A DNA stretch of 58,907 nucleotides from Candidatus Liptonbacteria bacterium (GCA_016186635.1 JACPLI010000003.1:1-58907), one strand, 5' to 3'; positions 47,078 to 57,764 are shown, counted from the stretch's first letter. Numbers and translations: made by a program. Notes: generated by a model from the letters alone, not told the origin.

Positions 47078-48013
47078 TTATAGTGCCAAGACGGTGCGCT
47101 CAATTCCTTTGCGAAGAGGGATGATTGGTTTCCAGCCGAGGATTTTTTTGGCGCGCGAGGCGTCGAGCGCGATTTGATACACCTCGCCTTTGCGGTAGGG
47201 GGCGTAGCGCGGTTTTCCTTTAAACCCGCAAGCGCGGGCGACTTCGGTAAAAATCATATTGTCGGAAATTTTCTTGCCCCAGCCAAGGTTGAGCGTTACA
47301 TCGGTCCCTTTCCGGAGCGCGACGAGGTTTGCCGCCGCGATGTCTCCCACATATACGTAATCCCTCGACTTGGTCCCGTCCCCGAAGATCGTAGGCGGTA
47401 CCCCTTCCTTCATCTGCTTTTGGAATATGGCGACCACTCCCGCTTCTCCGTGTGGATTTTGCCGGGGCCCGTATACGTTTGCATAGCGCAGGATGGTGTA
47501 AGGAAAATAGAACGCGCGGGCATAAAATTGCACGGTCTCTTCCGCGAGCAGTTTAGAAAGCCCATAGGGAGAAAGGGGACAAGGGGGAATTTTTTCCGAA
47601 ACCGGCAGCTTCTTAGGAGTCCCATACATAGCTCCGCCCGTGGAAATCATTATAAATTTTTTAGGGTTGCGGCTTTCCCCCGCCTGCTGGCGAGGCGTGC
47701 CAAACGCGCGAAGAAGATTTGCAGTGCCCGAAACGTTTACTTCAAAAGTCTCATTCGGATTTTTAATCGAGGCAATCACGCTCGCAAGGGCTGCATGGTG
47801 ATTCACGACTTCCGGTTCCTCCTTTCGGAAGATAATCTCGAGGAGTCTCTGGTTACGAATGTCCGCTTTATAAAACTTTGCCCGTGGGTTCAGGTTCCGC
47901 CGAAAGCCCGTCGAGAGGTCATCAATTATTATTACTCGATGCCCGGCTTTAACGTAAGCGTCCACAACATGTGAGCCGATGAAACCTGCGCCGCCAGTGA
48001 CGATGATTTTCAT
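47078..48013 (-). CDS. UDP-glucose 4-epimerase family protein
   Basis: GGAGFIGSH, STGGAMYG, PLSPYGLSK, RYANVYGPRQNPHGEAGVV. Confidence 0.9.
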   Translation of the reverse strand: MKIIVTGGAGFIGSHVVDAYVKAGHRVIIIDDLSTGFRRNLNPRAKFYKADIRNQRLLEIIFRKEEPEVVNHHAALASVIASIKNPNETFEVNVSGTANLLRAFGTPRQQAGESRNPKKFIMISTGGAMYGTPKKLPVSEKIPPCPLSPYGLSKLLAEETVQFYARAFYFPYTILRYANVYGPRQNPHGEAGVVAIFQKQMKEGVPPTIFGDGTKSRDYVYVGDIAAANLVALRKGTDVTLNLGWGKKISDNMIFTEVARACGFKGKPRYAPYRKGEVYQIALDASRAKKILGWKPIIPLRKGIERTVLAL

Positions 48014-48105
48014 GGAGTATTCGCGAATAATGCTAATTCGGATTCAATAATGCGAATCCCATTCGCGTTATTTTGCCATAGATTCGCGTTATTTGCGATT
48101 ACTCC
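48014..48105 (-). repeat. Family A hairpin element, copy A2
   Basis: Fills the whole spacer on the minus strand: TAG-GAGTAATCGC...TTCGCGAATACTCC-ATG. Confidence 0.9.
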
Positions 48106-49460
48106 TATTTCGGCGTCACAAACACCGTCTTCAGCGTCTTCAAAATAATCGCGAGGTCGAGGATGGGCGAGCGGTTCTTGACGTAGTAGAGGTCGTAGCG
48201 GAGTTTTTCCTGCGTGTCTTCCACAGACGCCGCATAGCGGTAGTTCACCTGCGCCCATCCGGTGACGCCCGGCTTCACCACGTGGCGCACTTCGTAGTAG
48301 GGGAGTTTCTCCGTAAGAAGCTCCACAAACTGCGGGCGCTCGGGGCGGGGCCCCACGAAGGACATCTCACCCTTCATGATGTTGATGAGCTGGGGGAGCT
48401 CATCCAAATGGGTATGGACGAGGAGTTGCCCGAAGGGAGTAAGCCGCGGGTCCGCGATGCGCCCCTCGCGCACCATCTTCCACTGCGGCCCATGCTGCTC
48501 TTTCTCATGGCAGGTGCGCATGGTCCGGAATTTGTAGTGCGTGTAGAGTTTGCCGCGGCAGCCCACGCGGGTCTGCGAACAGACCGCGGGTCCGGTGGGA
48601 GAAGTGAGGAAGACGAGCACGGCGATGAGGAGTTCAAGGGGGAGGAGCACGATGCCAAGGGCGAGGGCAATGAGGAGCTCCGCAGCGCGTTTCAGGGAGT
48701 CGTAGAACCGCGGGCGCGCGTTCACGTTGTCCAAGACCCAGCTTTCCTCAATCTCCTCGACGGGAATTTTTTTGAAGAGGAGTTCGTAGAGCACCGAAAG
48801 GTCCTGCACCTCGACTCCCTCCTGGAGAAGGCGGTAGAGTTCCCGCGAGAGGGACGGCAGCTGCTTGAGGCGGCGGTCAATGACGATGACGTTTGCGCTA
48901 TGGTGCGCAACAAGCGCACGGAGGTTGTGCAGTTCGCGCGACGCGGGCGAAGACGGCGCAATCCACGCTTTGAGTTCATAGCCGAGCTGGGGACTCTCCG
49001 CGATGAGCGTGCGAAGCTCGCCCGCGCTCGCACCTTCTCCGATGAGGAGGAGCTTATGGGGTGTGGTGCCGTTCGCGGCGCGGGCGTTCCACGTCCGCCG
49101 CCACAGCACCTCAAGCACGGCGAAGAACCCGAGAAAGATGAAAAAGTTCGTTTTGGGCGCGATGCCGAAGAAGGGGATGAGGTAAAAGAGCATGATGGTC
49201 ACAAGCGCGTTCGCCGCAAGCGCGAGGAGGAGCGTCTTTAGAAATTCAAGCCCGTTCCGGAGTTTGCGGATATCATAGAGCCCTGCGGCATAGAAGAGGA
49301 GGAGCCACACCGCGAAAATGACGGAAAAGGGCGCGAGATGGTGTTCTGCGAGTTCGCGCGAAAATCCGCCGCCGTAGCGGATGAGGAGCGCCCCCGCGAG
49401 CGAGACGTAGAGCGCCGCGACGTCTCCGAAAAGCAGCACCAGGATTTTGAGCGCGGCCAT
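48105..49460 (-). CDS. Polyprenyl-phosphate phosphoglycosyl transferase (WcaJ/WbaP family)
   Basis: N-terminal TMs; KFRTM, DPRLT, LDELPQL, GEMSFVGPRPE, KPGVTGWAQV, DLYY. Confidence 0.93.
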   Translation of the reverse strand: MAALKILVLLFGDVAALYVSLAGALLIRYGGGFSRELAEHHLAPFSVIFAVWLLLFYAAGLYDIRKLRNGLEFLKTLLLALAANALVTIMLFYLIPFFGIAPKTNFFIFLGFFAVLEVLWRRTWNARAANGTTPHKLLLIGEGASAGELRTLIAESPQLGYELKAWIAPSSPASRELHNLRALVAHHSANVIVIDRRLKQLPSLSRELYRLLQEGVEVQDLSVLYELLFKKIPVEEIEESWVLDNVNARPRFYDSLKRAAELLIALALGIVLLPLELLIAVLVFLTSPTGPAVCSQTRVGCRGKLYTHYKFRTMRTCHEKEQHGPQWKMVREGRIADPRLTPFGQLLVHTHLDELPQLINIMKGEMSFVGPRPERPQFVELLTEKLPYYEVRHVVKPGVTGWAQVNYRYAASVEDTQEKLRYDLYYVKNRSPILDLAIILKTLKTVFVTPK

Positions 49461-49471
49461 CCGAGTATGCT

Positions 49472-49801
49472 TCAGCTTTCCAAAATTCGTACTGACCTTT
49501 TGATCGCGACGAATCCGTATCCCCAAAGCAACGGGAGCCAGACGGGCATTACTCCCCACAAACTGTTCCGCACGAACGTTTCCACGCCGGTGCTCACGAA
49601 GAGAAGTTCCGAAAGAATCATTATCACCAATCCGAATGCACACACCGTAATGTCGTACCGTTCTCGCCGTATGGCGAATGCGGCAAGTATGATTGCGGCG
49701 TATATGCCCGCGAGGAGATAGTCGTCCGCGACGAGAGGAATCAGCCCTATCATCGCGAGGACGGGGATACTATTTAGGAAAATTCTCGAAATTTTTCTCA
49801 T
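49472..49801 (-). CDS. Small integral membrane protein
   Basis: About four TM segments; E..FV..G..F, PVWLPLLWG. Confidence 0.7.
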   Translation of the reverse strand: MRKISRIFLNSIPVLAMIGLIPLVADDYLLAGIYAAIILAAFAIRRERYDITVCAFGLVIMILSELLFVSTGVETFVRNSLWGVMPVWLPLLWGYGFVAIKRSVRILES

Positions 49802-49887
49802 ATGTTTCTTGTGCAGCGTGCGCAGCGCGCCGTGTGGAGCGCCGCGCTTCAGGCATGACGAAATCCTACGAGAACCCTTCCCTTCCG

Positions 49888-50664
49888 TCAATTCTTCGCG
49901 GCGGGGGCACCGGAGACGTCCTTCGGCGCCGCGGTGGTGAACGGTTTCTTGAGGAACGTGACCCAAAAGTAATTCACGGTGTAGCGGAGTCCGATGGCGA
50001 CGACTCCTTCTCGGGCAAGGCGTCGCCCCGAGGAGTAGACGGGGAAGGAGAGCGTGAATTTCACCGGACCTATCTTATGGAGGCGGCGGGCGATGTCGGT
50101 GTCTTCGCCGTAGAAGAGGATGTTTGTGTCGTATCCTCCGATTGCCTCAAGCGCACGCCGCCGCGCGACGAAGTTTCCGCCCTGAATCAGGGAGCCGACA
50201 CGCAGCACGTAGCGGTTGAGCGCGTACAGGAAATAGGCGAGGCCGTAGAATGCCGCAATTGCGGCACGCACCCTTCTCGGGAGGTCATAGTAGATGTAGG
50301 GTCCCGAGAGCGCGACGAGCTTCGGACTTTTTTCGAATTCGCGGAGAGTCTTCTCGAGCCACCTCGCGGGGAGCCGGGTGTCGGCGTCAATGTTTGCAAT
50401 AAGTTCCCCCGTCGCCTTGCGGAAGCCGGCATGTCGCGCGCGCGGGAGTCCTTTCACGGGCTCGTCCACGACGGTTACGCCGGGGTGCTCTAATGCAACA
50501 GCTTTCGTGCCGTCAGTCGAGGCGTTGTTGACCACGATGATTTCTGCAGGCACGGGGGTGCGCGCGAGTTCAGCCTTGATGGACGCAATGCATGCACTGA
50601 CGGACATCTCCTCGTTATGTGCGGGGATGACAAAGCTTATGGCGGCAGGGGAGCGCGTGGGCAT
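49888..50664 (-). CDS. Glycosyltransferase family 2
   Basis: VIPAHNEE, NNASTD, IDAD, GEDTD, SGRR. Confidence 0.9.
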   Translation of the reverse strand: MPTRSPAAISFVIPAHNEEMSVSACIASIKAELARTPVPAEIIVVNNASTDGTKAVALEHPGVTVVDEPVKGLPRARHAGFRKATGELIANIDADTRLPARWLEKTLREFEKSPKLVALSGPYIYYDLPRRVRAAIAAFYGLAYFLYALNRYVLRVGSLIQGGNFVARRRALEAIGGYDTNILFYGEDTDIARRLHKIGPVKFTLSFPVYSSGRRLAREGVVAIGLRYTVNYFWVTFLKKPFTTAAPKDVSGAPAAKN

Positions 50665-50670
50665 AGCTTG

Positions 50671-51864
50671 CTATCTATGGTACTCCGCGGCGGTGTTCTC
50701 GTACACCCGTTCCCACTCGTCGGCGATCGCCGGTGCGGATATGGTTTCCGCGAACGCCCGCCCCTTTGCGCCAAGTGCGGCGCGAAGCTGGGGGTTTTTG
50801 AAGAGCGCCGCGAAGTGCGCGGCGAGTCCCTGCACGTCCCCGGGCGCTACGGTGAGCTGTCCCGCCGCGCGGAGGTACTCGCCGATGCCCCATGCGTCTG
50901 ACCCCACGGCGGGGATGCCCGATGAGAGGGCCTGCATGGCGACGGTGCTTTGGGTCTCTACGGGGCTCATACTGGCGAAGAGGTCGCATGCCCTGTACGC
51001 GCGCGCGAGCGCTCCCGTGTCTTTCGGCAGGAACCCGAGGAATTGCACCTGTTTCTCGATGCCGAGTTGTTCAGCTTTTGCGCGGAGTCCGGCTTCGGAG
51101 GGGCCTTTCCCGGCGATGGCAAGCGCGGCGCCGGGGAAATCAGCTTTCCGTGCGGCGAATGCTTCGAGGAGGAGGTCAATGCGTTTCTCCGGAGCGAGCC
51201 GTCCCGCGTAGAGGATGGTGAACGGCGCGAACCCGAGTTCGCGCTTGAACGCGTTTCGGTCTCCTGCAGAGGGATGGAAAAGCGCGGTGTCAATCGGATT
51301 CGAGATGGCGCGGCGCGGTGCCCGAAACCCGTAGCGCTCCATCTCTTTGAAAATCGCCGCCGCAGGGGACGAGACGAAGGCACAACGGTTGTAATACCAC
51401 GCATCGTAGGAGAGAAGGAGCGACGTAAACCACGGTAGGCGGATAGGGCTGTACTTGATGAACTCGGCGAGCGGCGTGTGGTTGGTGCCTACCAGCGGAT
51501 GGTGGAGCAGGCGTGCGGCGGCGAGCGCCTCGAGCCCCACGCCGAAGATGGAGTGGGTGTGGATGAGGTCGGGTTTGAATTCGCGCACGAGGCGTGTGCG
51601 AAGCCCTGTGGGGACGACGATGCGGGCTTGCCCGCTGGGACCCCCGTAGGGGAGCGATGCGAAGCGGGTAACCGAAATCCGCTCGTGGAGCGCGGGTTCT
51701 CTTATGGAGAAACCAAGGGCGCGGTAATCCCGCGGCGCATATTTCGGCACGAAGAAACGGATGGTGTGCCCCCGCCTCGCGAGTTCCCGCGCGGCGGTGA
51801 TGATGGAATCGCTCACACCCGAGAGCTCGGGGTAGAAATTGTCCGAGAAAACGGCAATGCGCAT
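50671..51864 (-). CDS. Glycosyltransferase family 4 (glycolipid-synthase-like)
   Basis: FSDNFYPELSGV, HTH, GRLAPEK, ETQS..AMQAL..GIP. Confidence 0.88.
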   Translation of the reverse strand: MRIAVFSDNFYPELSGVSDSIITAARELARRGHTIRFFVPKYAPRDYRALGFSIREPALHERISVTRFASLPYGGPSGQARIVVPTGLRTRLVREFKPDLIHTHSIFGVGLEALAAARLLHHPLVGTNHTPLAEFIKYSPIRLPWFTSLLLSYDAWYYNRCAFVSSPAAAIFKEMERYGFRAPRRAISNPIDTALFHPSAGDRNAFKRELGFAPFTILYAGRLAPEKRIDLLLEAFAARKADFPGAALAIAGKGPSEAGLRAKAEQLGIEKQVQFLGFLPKDTGALARAYRACDLFASMSPVETQSTVAMQALSSGIPAVGSDAWGIGEYLRAAGQLTVAPGDVQGLAAHFAALFKNPQLRAALGAKGRAFAETISAPAIADEWERVYENTAAEYHR

Positions 51865-51865
51865 A

Positions 51866-51954
51866 GGAGTAATCGCGAATGGTGCTAATCTGGGTTCAAT
51901 AATGCGAATCCATCTGCGTTATTTACTCTTATTCGCATTATTTGCGATTACTCT
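51866..51954 (-). repeat. Family A hairpin element, copy A3
   Basis: Its GAG-TAA provides the dedA stop codon; it ends ACTCC-T-ATG at the GT4 gene. Confidence 0.88.
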
Positions 51955-52550
51955 CCTGTTTCTTTTTCTATCCGCTCCGAGAGCCGCTCAAGGAGACGGA
52001 GTCCTGCCGCGAAGACGAGGATAAGCGCGGCGATGACGATTCCGCCGAGGCGGAGATACCGTTCCGCCGTGTCATACGCCGCCCCGAAGTAGTACCCCAC
52101 GAGGAGATAGACAAGCGAGCTTGGCACGGCAATGACAATCGCCCACCATATGTAGGGGCGGAGGGGCACCTTGACGACGCCTGCCGTGACAAGGCCAGGG
52201 AGCGCGAGGAGCGGCACGAGCTTCGAGATGGTCATCGCCTTGCCGAGGTTTTCTGTGAGAAGTTTTTTGGATACTTTCAGGCGGGAGTGAGTGATACCGA
52301 CGTACTTTCCGTATCGTGCGATGAATTCTTGGTGGCCCCAGAATCCGATTGCGTAGAATACCGCATCACCAAGAAGGTTCGTGGCGAGCGAGAGTGCAAA
52401 CACTACCCACAGGTTGAAGTAGCCGAGCGCGGCGCCGAACGCCCCCGCGGCGGTGACGGGAGGACCCCACACGAGCATGCCGAAAAACATGACTACGTAT
52501 CCATGCGAGAGCACCCAGTCAGTCGTTGCCGCGAAGCTGATTGCATCCAT
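51948..52550 (-). CDS. DedA family membrane protein
   Basis: LGDAVFYAIG, SKLVP, AG..KVP; ATG 52550 lies 7 nt below TACAAT (52559 is an alternative start). Confidence 0.8.
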   Translation of the reverse strand: MDAISFAATTDWVLSHGYVVMFFGMLVWGPPVTAAGAFGAALGYFNLWVVFALSLATNLLGDAVFYAIGFWGHQEFIARYGKYVGITHSRLKVSKKLLTENLGKAMTISKLVPLLALPGLVTAGVVKVPLRPYIWWAIVIAVPSSLVYLLVGYYFGAAYDTAERYLRLGGIVIAALILVFAAGLRLLERLSERIEKETGE

Positions 52551-52564
52551 GCCGTTCATTGTAC

Positions 52565-52590
52565 GGAGTAATCGCGGATAACGCGAGTTT
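52565..52590 (-). repeat. Degenerate half copy of family A
   Basis: GGAGTAATCGCGGATAACGCGAGTTT. Confidence 0.55.
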
Positions 52591-52691
52591 GGTTGTATGC
52601 GTCATCACCTGCGCGATTTTTGTGATTGTGCGGAAGCTGTTCCCGAGAGATTATGAATTGGTGAGAGCAGAGCAGTTTCTTGCTCGGCGAG

Positions 52692-52719
52692 TTGACATGT
52701 GTATTACTGCAGATAGACT
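52692..52719 (+). promoter_or_regulatory. Promoter implying a leaderless dsbA-like mRNA
   Basis: TTGACA-N16-TAGACT, then 7 nt to ATG. Confidence 0.65.
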
Positions 52720-52726
52720 GTAGAGC

Positions 52727-53437
52727 ATGAGCGATGCGCCTTCCCCGAAGCGCGACCTTTTCCTGCCCGCAAGCATTCTTGCCGCGGGCGTTTTGATTGC
52801 GGGTTCCATTATCTACCTCGTGGGCGCGAAAAATACTCCTGCCGTCGGCCCTTCGGCGGGGGACGAGGGGCGCAGGGCGGCGGCACTTCTTGCCGTACTC
52901 GAGGATGATGCAGTGCTGGGGAGCAAGGACGCGCCGGTCATGGTGATTGAGTACGGCGACTATCAGTGCCCGTTTTGCGGGAGTTTCTTTAGGGATATTG
53001 AGCCAGCTCTCCGGGACACATATATAAAAACTGGCAAGGCGAAATTCGTATACCGCGATTTCGCATTTTTGGGGCCGGAGTCGCTTGCGGCGGCGGAGGC
53101 GGCGGAGTGCGCGCGGGAGCAAGGGCAGTTCTGGGCGTATCATGACGGGTTGTTTCGCGCGGAGGTCGCCGATAAGCGAGAGAACAACGGGAATCTCAAC
53201 GCGGAGCTTTTTGGAAAACTCGCGCAGGACGCCGGCCTTGATGTGAGCGCGTTTGAATCGTGCCGTGCGAGCGGGAAGTATCGCGCGCGCATCGGAGAGG
53301 AAACATCGGATGGACGGGTGCTTGGCGTGAACGCCACTCCCACTGCGTTTGTGAACGGCGTGGAAATCCGCGGGCTTGCGCCGAACGACACGCGCGTCGC
53401 GGATGCGATTGAGGCGGCATTGAAAACGGCGAAGTAA
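52727..53437 (+). CDS. DsbA family thiol-disulfide oxidoreductase
   Basis: TM anchor, EYGDYQCPFC, YRDFAFLG, GVNATPT. Confidence 0.92.
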   Translation: MSDAPSPKRDLFLPASILAAGVLIAGSIIYLVGAKNTPAVGPSAGDEGRRAAALLAVLEDDAVLGSKDAPVMVIEYGDYQCPFCGSFFRDIEPALRDTYIKTGKAKFVYRDFAFLGPESLAAAEAAECAREQGQFWAYHDGLFRAEVADKRENNGNLNAELFGKLAQDAGLDVSAFESCRASGKYRARIGEETSDGRVLGVNATPTAFVNGVEIRGLAPNDTRVADAIEAALKTAK

Positions 53438-53520
53438 TTAGGTAAATTTAGTAATTGAGTAATTACCCAATTTCCAATTACTTAATTACGCACTTTCGTT
53501 CAGCAATTACTCAATTACCA
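53436..53520. repeat. GTAATT/AATTAC periodic inverted-repeat tract
   Basis: AATTAGGTAAATTTAGTAATTGAGTAATTACCCAATTTCCAATTACTTAATTAC...CAATTACTCAATTACC. Confidence 0.6.
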
Positions 53521-53529
53521 TCTAAAGTC

Positions 53530-53769
53530 ATGTCTAACATTATTATTTATTCCACCCCTTCTTGCATCTACTGCAAGATGGCGAAGGAATTTTTCGCGAA
53601 GAATAACATTGCGTATAAAGAGTTCAACGTGGCGGAGGATGAAAAGGCCCGCGAGGAGATGGTCTCGAAGTCCCACCAGCTGGGCGTCCCCGTGATTGAC
53701 GTGGACGGAGAGATTTTCGTGGGATTTGACCGCGCGGGACTGGCGAAGGCGCTCAAAATCACTTCGTGA
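53530..53769 (+). CDS. Glutaredoxin/NrdH-like redoxin
   Basis: YSTPSCIYC, GVPVI, GFD. Confidence 0.9.
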   Translation: MSNIIIYSTPSCIYCKMAKEFFAKNNIAYKEFNVAEDEKAREEMVSKSHQLGVPVIDVDGEIFVGFDRAGLAKALKITS

Positions 53770-53770
53770 T

Positions 53771-53899
53771 AAATCTGAAATCCGAAGCACGAAATTCTAA
53801 ACAATATCGAATTTTCAAATTCGAATGTTCCAAACATTTTGAGTTTGGGTTTTCGATATTGGAATTTGTTTCGGATTTTGATATTAGGATTTAGTTTTT
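53771..53899. repeat. Family B inverted-repeat element, copy B3
   Basis: Fills the grx-trxB spacer; shares a 19-mer with B2 and CTAAACAATATC / CGAATGTTCCAAA with B1. Confidence 0.8.
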
Positions 53900-53904
53900 C
53901 CCTT

Positions 53905-54849
53905 ATGTACGACCTCTTAATTATCGGCGGCGGGCCCGGCGGCGTCGCCGCCGGGATTTATGCTGCGCGGAAAAAAATAAAGGCGGTACTTGTCACCGAC
54001 ACGTTTGGCGGGCAGTCGCTCGTATCGACCGATGTGCAAAACTGGGTGGGCACGAAGTCCGTGTCGGGTTTTGATTTGGGCAAAATGCTCGAGGAGCACC
54101 TCCGCGCGCAGGAGGACATTGAGATAGTGGATAGTGATGTAGTGGTGAGTGTGAAGGATGAGGCCCCGCCTTCGCGGGACGCTTCGGCGGGCGAAGGAAA
54201 ATTCATCGTAACTACAAAGAATGGAAAAATGCTTGAGTCAAAGTATCTTTTGATTGCGTCGGGGAGCCGCCGGAGGAAACTCGGCGTCACCGGCGAGCAC
54301 GAGCTTGACGGGAAGGGCGTGGCGTACTGCTCGACCTGTGATGCGCCGCTCTTCAAGGGGAAAACCGTCGCGGTTGTGGGAGGGGGAAACTCCGGGCTTG
54401 AGGCGGTGGGGGATTTGCTCCCGTATGCCGCAAAGATTTATCTCCTCGAACGCGGGGAGCGCCCGAAGGGTGACCCGGTGACTCTGGAGCGGATACAAAA
54501 GAGCGAGAAGTTTTCGCTTCTCACGAACATGCAGGTGCGCGAGATTTTTGGGGACGCCTTTGTGAAGGGGTTGAAGTATGCGGATACGAAAAGCGGGGAG
54601 ATGAAAGAGCTTGCGGTGGAGGGAGTGTTCGTCGAAATCGGCGCCGTCCCGAATTCGGAGTTTGTGAAAAACCTGGTGGCACTGAACAAGTTTGGCGAAA
54701 TCGTGGTGGACCACAAAACCCAGCGTACTTCGCACCCGCGCATCTGGGCGGTGGGGGATGTCTCGGACGTGCGCTACAAGCAGAACAACATTTCAGCAGG
54801 GGACGCCGTGAAGGGGATACTGAACATTTACGAAGAGATTCAGAAATAG
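53905..54849 (+). CDS. trxB: Thioredoxin reductase / AhpF-like disulfide reductase
   Basis: IGGGPGG, GKGVAYCSTCDAP, GGGNSG, VFVEIG, AVGD. Confidence 0.85.
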   Translation: MYDLLIIGGGPGGVAAGIYAARKKIKAVLVTDTFGGQSLVSTDVQNWVGTKSVSGFDLGKMLEEHLRAQEDIEIVDSDVVVSVKDEAPPSRDASAGEGKFIVTTKNGKMLESKYLLIASGSRRRKLGVTGEHELDGKGVAYCSTCDAPLFKGKTVAVVGGGNSGLEAVGDLLPYAAKIYLLERGERPKGDPVTLERIQKSEKFSLLTNMQVREIFGDAFVKGLKYADTKSGEMKELAVEGVFVEIGAVPNSEFVKNLVALNKFGEIVVDHKTQRTSHPRIWAVGDVSDVRYKQNNISAGDAVKGILNIYEEIQK

Positions 54850-54867
54850 ATTCTCCGAAGGCGCGCC

Positions 54868-54914
54868 TTGACAGTGCGAATCCGCGCGTTACACTGGAGT
54901 TGTACAGTTCAACT
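54868..54914 (+). promoter_or_regulatory. TA operon promoter with a palindromic operator
   Basis: TTGACA-N16-TACACT followed by AGTTG-N7-CAACT. Confidence 0.6.
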
Positions 54915-54922
54915 TTCCAACT

Positions 54923-55204
54923 ATGGCGCTGGTAACCGTCAAAAATAAATATCAGGTAGTGATTCCTGCGAAAGTCCGGGAGGAGGCGGGGATTGAAATC
55001 GGGGACTTGCTCGAGGCGAAGGTGGAACGCGGCAAGGTAACGCTCACGCCGAAATCCGTCATTGACCGGCGGCTTGACGCGGCGCTCGAAGACGTCCGAA
55101 AGGGGAGGACGTACGGGCCGTTCAACAGCGCCGAAGAAATGATTGTATCCCTCCACGCAGGCATAAAAAAGATACGCGCGGAACGGCGAAAGAAAGCGCG
55201 ATGA
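54923..55204 (+). CDS. AbrB/MazE/SpoVT-family antitoxin
   Basis: KYQVVIPAKVREEAGIEIGD swapped-hairpin motif; YGPF tail. Confidence 0.85.
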   Translation: MALVTVKNKYQVVIPAKVREEAGIEIGDLLEAKVERGKVTLTPKSVIDRRLDAALEDVRKGRTYGPFNSAEEMIVSLHAGIKKIRAERRKKAR

Positions 55205-55446
55205 CTCTGCGGTATACGCCGGGGTTTCTCTATGCGCTGGAGGTGGTGCCTCCGGAGGTGAGGAAAGCGTTTTTCAAGCAAGCCCGGTTTCTCGCGAGCA
55301 ATCTCCAGCATCCCTCGCTCCGCGCCAAGAAGTACGACGAGGCGCGCGGCGTCTGGCAAGCGAGGGTAAACAAGTATTGGAGATTCTATTTCCGAATTGA
55401 GGGAGGCACCTATTACATCCTCGATATCATGCTACATCCGAAGTAA
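55201..55446 (+). CDS. RelE/ParE-family toxin
   Basis: ATGA overlap with the antitoxin; HPSLRAKK..VWQARVNKYWRFYF. Confidence 0.8.
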   Translation: MTLRYTPGFLYALEVVPPEVRKAFFKQARFLASNLQHPSLRAKKYDEARGVWQARVNKYWRFYFRIEGGTYYILDIMLHPK

Positions 55447-55559
55447 AGGCGAGGCGTGGACTTGCGTTTTTCCGCGTGTTGGTTTCAAATCCTTAAAAGC
55501 ATCTCACATCATCAGAACTCCGACGAGTAACATCGCCGGGGTTTTGCATTTTACTGGGC

Positions 55560-55587
55560 TTGACACTCTTCCCATTGCGAATAGAAT
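55560..55587 (+). promoter_or_regulatory. groESL sigma70 promoter
   Basis: TTGACA-N16-TAGAAT. Confidence 0.75.
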
Positions 55588-55594
55588 ACTCCTA

Positions 55595-55621
55595 CTAGCA
55601 CTCTTTAGTCGGGAGTGCCAA
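55595..55621 (+). promoter_or_regulatory. CIRCE element (HrcA operator)
   Basis: CTAGCACTC-N9-GAGTGCCAA versus consensus TTAGCACTC-N9-GAGTGCTAA. Confidence 0.92.
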
Positions 55622-55623
55622 AA

Positions 55624-55714
55624 GAAGTAATCACTAATAGCGCGAATTGCTGGCAAATAACGCGAATAGGATTCGCATTATTAAATCCAAATTCGCATTA
55701 TTCGCGAATACTCC
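55624..55714 (+). repeat. Family A hairpin element, copy A4
   Basis: Starts 2 nt after CIRCE and ends ACTCC directly before the groES ATG. Confidence 0.88.
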
Positions 55715-56005
55715 ATGAATTTCAAACCATTATCCAATCATTTGTTCCTTGAAGGGCTGGAGGAAGAGAAGACAACGAAGTCGGGCATTGTGCTCCCCGA
55801 GACGGCGGAGAAAGAAAAGCCCGTGCGGGGAAAGGTGGTCGCGGTGGGTCCGGGGAAGTTGAATGAGAAGGGCGAGCGGGTTGCGATGTCGGTCAAGGTC
55901 GGCGATGTGGTCCTCTTCAAGAAGTACGGTCCCGACGAGATAGAACTCGACGGGAAGAAGTACTTGGTAGGGGACGAGGATGATATCCTTGCAATCATCG
56001 AATAA
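55715..56005 (+). CDS. groES: Co-chaperonin GroES
   Basis: KPL, TKSGIVLP, EKP, VAVGPG, VKVGD. Confidence 0.97.
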   Translation: MNFKPLSNHLFLEGLEEEKTTKSGIVLPETAEKEKPVRGKVVAVGPGKLNEKGERVAMSVKVGDVVLFKKYGPDEIELDGKKYLVGDEDDILAIIE

Positions 56006-56007
56006 TT

Positions 56008-57764
<1,757 letters not shown>

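Noticed and set aside
53455-53904. N-terminal extensions in the ORF track (grx 53455, trxB 53839, groEL 56076, gpmI 3101, ligase 4932, wzx 46074)
   Set aside because: They are translations of intergenic repeats or neighbouring genes; family homology starts at the downstream ATG.
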